Positions 59,801 to 64,000 of a DNA stretch of 64,000 nt are shown here, one piece after another. The position numbers were made by a program, and so were the translations under genes. The stretch is from Flavobacteriales bacterium. Its GTDB lineage: Bacteria > Bacteroidota > Bacteroidia > UBA4408. Position 1 is the stretch's first letter. Every line of letters starts with the position of its first letter. Below the pieces are notes generated by a model. The model had not been told where the DNA came from, ran no database searches, and worked only from the letters and a program-made list of their open reading frames with translations. The stretch is from contig JBEIVB010000002.1 of the NCBI GenBank assembly GCA_040374085.1, positions 9,621 through 73,620 of the forward strand, written 5' to 3'.

Positions 59801-61514
59801 CAACATTGCCAACCCTGTTGCCAGTCCATCCTCTACCACAACTTACACCGTAACCGTTTCTGCCAATGGTTGTACGGCCACCGACCAAGTGGTGGTAACC
59901 GTGAGCCAGGTAAGCGCCAATGCCGGGCAGGATGTGAGCGTTTGCCAGGGCAACTCAACCCAGTTGAGCGCTAGCGGTGGTGCATCGTACAGCTGGAGTC
60001 CGGCCACGGGCCTCAGCAACCCCAACATTTCCAATCCTCTTGCAACGCCCACCGTTACCACCACCTACACCGTTACGGTTAGCAACGGCAGCTGTTCTGC
60101 CACCGACGTAGTGGTGGTTACCGTTAACCCCATCAGCGCCAATGCCGGACCCGATCAGGGCATTTGTCCGGGCAGCTCGGTGCAGTTGAATGCTACCGGC
60201 GGCACCAACTATTCCTGGAGCCCCAGTGCAGGTCTCAACAATGCCAACATCAGCAATCCGGTGGCAACCCCAACGCAAACCACCACCTATACCGTTACGG
60301 TTATAAACGGGTCGTGTTCTGCTACAGACCAGGTGGTGATTACGGTAACTCCTCTTACCGTTAACGCCGGGCAGGATGTTAGCATTTGTAGTGGCGGCTT
60401 CACGCAGCTTAACGCCACCACCTCGGCCACCAACGCTACCTATTCCTGGAGCCCTTCTGCGGGTTTAAGCGCAACGAACATTGCCAATCCGGTGGCATTC
60501 CCAACCATCACCACCACCTATACCGTTACCGTTACTTCCGGTGCTTGCTCTGCAGTAGATTTTGTTGTTGTGAATGTGGGCAGTGCCACTGCTAATGCCG
60601 GTGCAGACCAAACCATTTGTCCGGGACAAACCGCGCAGCTCAACGCCAGTGGCGGTGGGTCCTACAGCTGGAGTCCGGCCACTGGACTGAGCAATCCCAA
60701 CGTAGGAAATCCCATTGCCAATCCAACCTCCACAACTCAATACACCGTTACCGTTACCTCGGGCAATTGCACAGCTACCGATGTGGTGGTGGTGAACGTA
60801 GACAACATTTCGGTGAATGCAGGGCCAGACCAAACCGTTTGTGCCGGCACTGCCACCCAATTAGCCGGAGCAGTAGGCAGCGCCACCAACTTTGTATGGA
60901 CTCCAACCACCGGTTTGAGCAACCCAACCTCACTCACACCCACCGTTACGGTTACAAGCATCACCAGCTATACCCTTACGGCCAGCAACGCCAACTGTAC
61001 CGTTTCCGACAACGTGGTCATCTTTACCAACAACCCTCCTGCAACGCCCACCATCAACTTTGTTGGGGTTGATTTGGTTTCGAGTGCGGCCTTTGGGTAT
61101 CAGTGGTTTTTGAATGGTAACCCAATTCAGGGAGCCAACAACCAAAGCTACTTCCCTATATCAAACGGAAATTATACTGTTACCATCACCGACCAGAACG
61201 GCTGTACCAGCACCTCTGCTCCGTTTGCTTTTGTAAACGTGGGTATGCAGCGCCTGGATGTGCAGTCTTCCTTTGGTGTGCAGCCCAACCCAACCTTCGG
61301 ACAGTTTGTGGTTACCCTCGAAACGGAACGTGTAGAGGTTATGGAGTTGGAATTGGTGAACCTCCTCGGCGAGCGTTTGGCGCACATCAGCCGCAGCAAC
61401 TTCAGCGGTCGCTTGGCACAGAGCTTCGACCTGAGTGCACAGCCTGCCGGCGTGTACTTCGTGAACTTGCGCAGCAGCCAAGGCAACATCACCCGCAAGG
61501 TGGTGAAGCAGTAA
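56874..61514 (+). CDS. Giant T9SS cargo adhesin-like protein with a CUB-like domain, three PKD-like and two GEVED modules, nine tandem Ig-like repeats, one divergent Ig-like domain and a T9SS CTD
   Basis: Signal peptide MKKLFFSALACLGFTLGAQAQ. CUB-like segment C.GTYYDSGGG...GW.A.ISC. PKD-like segments (...SWSWSF.GG.P.TSTLQNP...). GEVED motifs ACTDYAFGETEDY and CTSFGSGETEDY. Nine roughly 75-aa repeats of type ...ANAG.D..IC.G...QL.A.GG..YSWSP..GLSN.NI.NP.A.P..TTTYTVTV....C.ATD.VVV.V. C-terminal ...VQPNPTFGQFVVTL...PAGVYFVNL...ITRKVVKQ is a T9SS CTD. Confidence 0.85.
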   Translation: MKKLFFSALACLGFTLGAQAQTYNQSTTQVNTCSGTYYDSGGGTAAYGNNELSLFVINPATLGSSVRVSFTSFATEANYDTLFIFNGNTTSAPILAALTGTLSPGSFTASNATGSLSFGFKSDGIVTAAGWVATISCVTSSAPPVAAFVGNILNQVAGGSVSFFDQSTNSPTSWSWSFSGGNPATSTLQNPTNIVYNTPGCYQVSLTATNASGSNTVTTSCYIDVVAPGTTIYCVPNPTNGPTDGDFINGVVLGNISNLNSGSITGPLYSFINNQVTNLNLGTSYTLQVTSGTYATDYYAAWIDYNENGIFENPSERLGLQQSTTSGQVLSFPFTPPTSAVSGYRAMRVRCAYAATAMDACTDYAFGETEDYIVNLVAAGVPPVASFTSNTQAITTGGSVNFFDSSSNLPTSWSWSFPGGTPSTSTLQNPTVSYSAPGCYNVTLTATNASGSNTVSQTCYVNVTGGSLYCTPVHLNACSSGDNINTVSITGTTLNNSGTGCTAVNGAAYTIYQPTGNFTASLNRGQNYTFNVTTSTANIISIWIDYNRNNVFETNEWTQVTTSSTAGFPSVVNILIPTSAQLGTTGMRVRSRLTNNPNAAADACTSFGSGETEDYTITIVSPSQPPAASFTASSTSICAGSCLNFTSTSTGNPTLYTWTFQGSSTTSSSSTNPSNICWANAGTYTVTLTVSNANGSSSATQSITVNAAPVASAGSDVTICTGGSGGQLNATSSLTGSTFSWSPTTGLSNPNISNPVANPTVTTVYTVTVTKNGCSTTDQVVVTVNSATALAGPDASICAGSSTILSVLGTGTYSWSPTTGLSNPFIAGPSASPTQTTTYTVTVSNQGCTATDQVVVTVNPVPVANAGSDASTCSGTGVQLNATSSLTGSSFSWSPSAGLNNANISNPVATPSATTTYTVTVSRNGCSATDQVVVNVNSVSANAGADQAICPGGNVQLSASGGTSYSWSPATGLSNANIANPVASPSSTTTYTVTVSANGCTATDQVVVTVSQVSANAGQDVSVCQGNSTQLSASGGASYSWSPATGLSNPNISNPLATPTVTTTYTVTVSNGSCSATDVVVVTVNPISANAGPDQGICPGSSVQLNATGGTNYSWSPSAGLNNANISNPVATPTQTTTYTVTVINGSCSATDQVVITVTPLTVNAGQDVSICSGGFTQLNATTSATNATYSWSPSAGLSATNIANPVAFPTITTTYTVTVTSGACSAVDFVVVNVGSATANAGADQTICPGQTAQLNASGGGSYSWSPATGLSNPNVGNPIANPTSTTQYTVTVTSGNCTATDVVVVNVDNISVNAGPDQTVCAGTATQLAGAVGSATNFVWTPTTGLSNPTSLTPTVTVTSITSYTLTASNANCTVSDNVVIFTNNPPATPTINFVGVDLVSSAAFGYQWFLNGNPIQGANNQSYFPISNGNYTVTITDQNGCTSTSAPFAFVNVGMQRLDVQSSFGVQPNPTFGQFVVTLETERVEVMELELVNLLGERLAHISRSNFSGRLAQSFDLSAQPAGVYFVNLRSSQGNITRKVVKQ
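58995..61045 (+). repeat. Nine tandem roughly 225-bp coding repeats (Ig-like repeat array) inside the giant gene
   Basis: Recurrent DNA words (caagtggtggtaaccgtaaa, tacaccgttacggt, agctggagtcc) at roughly 225-bp periodicity, visible as protein-level repeats. Confidence 0.75.
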
Positions 61515-61536
61515 GCCTTACAAATCGAACTATTCC

Positions 61537-61572
61537 ACGACCCCGAGCCACAAGCCGGGGTCGTTTTTTTTT
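61537..61572 (+). terminator. Rho-independent terminator after the first giant gene
   Basis: ACGACCCCG-agccacaagc-CGGGGTCGT hairpin followed by TTTTTTTTT. Confidence 0.75.
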
Positions 61573-61594
61573 GGGTGGTTGCAATGGGATGTGT

Positions 61595-61602
61595 TAGATT
61601 TG
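61595..61602 (+). promoter_or_regulatory. Bacteroidetes-type promoter for the second giant gene: -7 TAGATTTG, with TTG 21 nt upstream at 61571-61573
   Basis: TAnnTTTG match 22 nt upstream of the ATG at 61625; -33-like TTG at the canonical spacing. Confidence 0.45.
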
Positions 61603-61624
61603 GGAGTTTAAGAAACCACCCCTT

Positions 61625-64000
61625 ATGAAGAAACGCACAACCCTCCTGCTTTCCGTTTGGGCCTGCATGGCTCGTGTAATGGCCTTGCCTTTGGCTTTGG
61701 ATGCATCCAACACCGTACCGGCAAACCCTTGGGTACCCAATGCCTATGTTCCGTTTACCGGCTCCATCACGCGGGTACCCATTGGCAGCTCACCCAATCT
61801 GTTTACGGCCATTGTTTCGGAGTCTAATTGCTTAACAGCCAACCAAGCCACCAACAGCCTCATCTTCACTCGCCGGCGCAATGCGGGCAATACGGGTAAC
61901 TCGGGCTATGTTCAATTCTCGGCCTCTTTAAACGGTGGTCAAACCTGGGACACCATTCGATCGCTCATCAGCGACGACCAGCATCTTTGCCGCTACCCAT
62001 CCGCTGCCATCCTTAACCCCAGCGGAAACACCAACCCAAATCAGGTGTATGTGGTGGGCAGCGGCCCTTGGCATCCGGGTGTGAGCTGGCAGGGCAACTT
62101 TTTCTCCAGCCGACGCATGGACGGGCAATTCCGCGACTCCCTCATACAGGACAACCTGACCGGAGCGGGTGGTATCCCTCAGGATTTGACTCGGATTGCC
62201 GTTCAAGCAACCGATAATGGTAAAGTGATTGTATCCGGAGCCCAATACGTGGATATAAACGCAACCACAGTTGCGGCACAAAACTACCGCGCGGGGGTGC
62301 TCAACATCGGAACTTACAACGCTGTCACCCACCACATAGATTGGTTGAACCAGCGGTTTTATCCAACCGTTACCACCGACCCCACCTCCGGAACCCGCAA
62401 CGTTGCTACAACCATGCAAACTGCTTGGTCGCAAAACGGCACCACCGGCTACGTGGTGTTTTGGGGCAACGATAGCCTGCACCCGGAGTATGGCTGGACG
62501 GCTTTGGTTTATAAAACCACCAATGGAGGGCAAAATTGGACCTATATGCCGGCGGACTTTCGCAACGTTTCTGCTATAACCCAATACATCCCCAGCAATT
62601 GGCAGGGTACCAAATCGCCTTTCTTTTCGGCAGGACAGGGTTGGGACTGTGCCGTAGATTTCAACGGCAACCTGCACATTGCGGGGCGATTCATGGGCGG
62701 CTACACCAGCAACCCCGATTCCGCCGGGTTTACTTGGAACGGTCAGAAATCGGTGCTGTTCGATGCCTTTACCTCAGGAAACAGTTGGAATGGCATTGTG
62801 CTCGATACCCTTCAAACCGATTCGGTTTCGGCAGCAAACAGTTATTGGACAAGTACAACAGCCGCAAACGATACTTGGAATGCTCGTTTGCAAATAAGCC
62901 GCACCACCGATGGGAAGCGTTTGTTCTTTTCTTGGATTGATACCGAAACGAACATCTGGGGTGGAACAGAGAACCTTTTCCCCGATTTGATTGTGAAAGG
63001 GTTCAATGTAGAGACCGGACGCACCACATCCAGCTTCAACATGACCACCAACAACCCTGTTCTTTCGGGGCGGGTGTTTTGGCAATATGCATCTCCCATT
63101 GCATTAAAATCGGATACGATTTATAGAATTCCGGTTACCACAACCGACAGCCGGAGTCGGGTTTTTTCCATAGACGATGGGCAGCCCGTGCAGCACACCT
63201 ACCTCAACGGTGTGCAGATTCGCGAATCTCAGTTTAACATTCAGTCCGTAGCCGTAAACGTTACCGTTTCGGCCGGACCCGACGCTACCATTTGCGCCGG
63301 AGGCAATACCCAGCTTGCTGCCACGGGCAATGGCACCACCTATTCTTGGTCGCCTACTACCGGTCTCAGCAACCCCAACATTGCCAATCCGATTGCCAGT
63401 CCTACTCAGACCACCACCTACACCGTTACCGCCGTTACCAACGGCGTGAGTGCTACCGATCAGGTGGTGGTTACCGTAAATCCGGTTCCCAATGCCAATG
63501 CCGGTGCCGATGTGGCGTTTTGTGCCGGAGGCAGTGTAAACCTGCAGGCTACATCGAGCCTCACGGGAAGCAACTTCCAGTGGTCTCCAACCACCGGGCT
63601 CAGCAATGCGCTTGCTTCAAACCCAACGGCCTCGCCAGCGGCCACCACCACCTACACCGTTACCGTTTCAAAAAACGGATGCACCTCTACCGACCAAGTG
63701 GTGGTGAGCGTGACCCCACTTCCGGCGGTTAACGCCGGCAACGATGTGGGCTTATGCCCCGGGTCCAGTGTGGGTCTTGCTGCAACCGGTGCGGGAACGT
63801 TTAGCTGGAGTCCAGCAACAGGCCTCAGCAACGCCGGCGTGTCCAACCCCGTGGCCAGCCCATCGGTTACCACCACTTACACCGTAACCCTCACCAGCAG
63901 CGGCTGCAGCGCCAGCGACCAGTTGGTGGTTACCGTTGCCCCCATCACCGCCAACGCCGGACTCGATGTCACCATTTGTCCGGGAGGCACTGCGGTGCTG
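61625..64000 (+). CDS. Second giant T9SS-type adhesin-like protein: N-terminal BNR/Asp-box repeat domain followed by the same Ig-like repeat family. 3' truncated by the window end.
   Basis: MKKRTTLLLSVWACMARVMALP signal. BNR/Asp-box-like motifs SASLNGGQTWD, YKTTNGGQNWTY and SRTTDGKRLFFSW. From about 63247 the repeat pattern resumes: ...AGPDATICAGGNTQLAATGNGTTYSWSPTTGLSNPNIANPIASPTQTTTYTVT... The frame is open for 792 codons to the window end. Confidence 0.8.
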   Translation, partial: MKKRTTLLLSVWACMARVMALPLALDASNTVPANPWVPNAYVPFTGSITRVPIGSSPNLFTAIVSESNCLTANQATNSLIFTRRRNAGNTGNSGYVQFSASLNGGQTWDTIRSLISDDQHLCRYPSAAILNPSGNTNPNQVYVVGSGPWHPGVSWQGNFFSSRRMDGQFRDSLIQDNLTGAGGIPQDLTRIAVQATDNGKVIVSGAQYVDINATTVAAQNYRAGVLNIGTYNAVTHHIDWLNQRFYPTVTTDPTSGTRNVATTMQTAWSQNGTTGYVVFWGNDSLHPEYGWTALVYKTTNGGQNWTYMPADFRNVSAITQYIPSNWQGTKSPFFSAGQGWDCAVDFNGNLHIAGRFMGGYTSNPDSAGFTWNGQKSVLFDAFTSGNSWNGIVLDTLQTDSVSAANSYWTSTTAANDTWNARLQISRTTDGKRLFFSWIDTETNIWGGTENLFPDLIVKGFNVETGRTTSSFNMTTNNPVLSGRVFWQYASPIALKSDTIYRIPVTTTDSRSRVFSIDDGQPVQHTYLNGVQIRESQFNIQSVAVNVTVSAGPDATICAGGNTQLAATGNGTTYSWSPTTGLSNPNIANPIASPTQTTTYTVTAVTNGVSATDQVVVTVNPVPNANAGADVAFCAGGSVNLQATSSLTGSNFQWSPTTGLSNALASNPTASPAATTTYTVTVSKNGCTSTDQVVVSVTPLPAVNAGNDVGLCPGSSVGLAATGAGTFSWSPATGLSNAGVSNPVASPSVTTTYTVTLTSSGCSASDQLVVTVAPITANAGLDVTICPGGTAVL

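Noticed and set aside
61928-62677. 249-aa minus-strand ORF inside the second giant gene
   Set aside because: It is antisense to an 800-codon open frame that carries clear BNR and Ig-like repeat signatures. The ORF itself is Gly/Val-rich nonsense typical of the reverse complement of repeat-rich genes.
1-64000. Searched for CRISPR arrays, IS elements, transposases, integrases and phage genes
   Set aside because: No regularly spaced short direct repeats, no terminal inverted repeats flanking a transposase-like ORF, and no integrase next to the tRNA. The only strong DNA repeats are the in-frame Ig-like coding repeats of the giant genes.

Overview
This 64-kb window looks like a chromosomal segment of a Bacteroidota genome (about 50% GC). 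Three things point that way: several Bacteroidetes-type -7 promoter boxes (TAnnTTTG), two cargo proteins with T9SS C-terminal sorting domains, and DUF1573/DUF3276/DUF1599 genes. No mobile elements, CRISPR arrays or rRNA genes were seen. Most genes are housekeeping: panD, rarA, a yggS-like gene, pssA-like, kdtA, nusB, yajC, coaE, mfd, maf, folD, ffh, pckA, a long-form GAPDH, and one tRNA-Gln(UUG). Accessory or envelope content includes: (1) a translationally coupled four-gene operon of signal-peptide protein, large envelope protein, MBOAT acyltransferase and SGNH/AlgJ/DltD-like protein; (2) a WbpA/B/D/E-like UDP-2,3-diacetamido-glucuronate precursor cluster plus ugd, UDP-xylose synthase, galE and an embedded acylphosphatase, sitting beside kdtA and an outer-membrane beta-barrel gene whose stop overlaps the kdtA start; (3) a T9SS-secreted M43 metalloprotease; (4) two tandem giant T9SS cargo adhesin-like genes with arrays of roughly 75-aa cysteine-containing Ig-like repeats, one with a CUB-like plus PKD/GEVED N-terminus and one with a BNR/Asp-box N-terminus, the second running off the window; (5) a coupled DUF1599, DoxX/thioredoxin-like fusion, orphan OppB-like permease and small OMP module; (6) an ECF sigma, 2-TM protein and propeller-sensor module truncated at the window start; (7) an unusual 690-bp AT-rich non-coding island upstream of pckA carrying a plus-strand intrinsic terminator, which makes it a candidate sRNA locus. 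The ORF track contains many antisense or out-of-frame ORFs, which were rejected.
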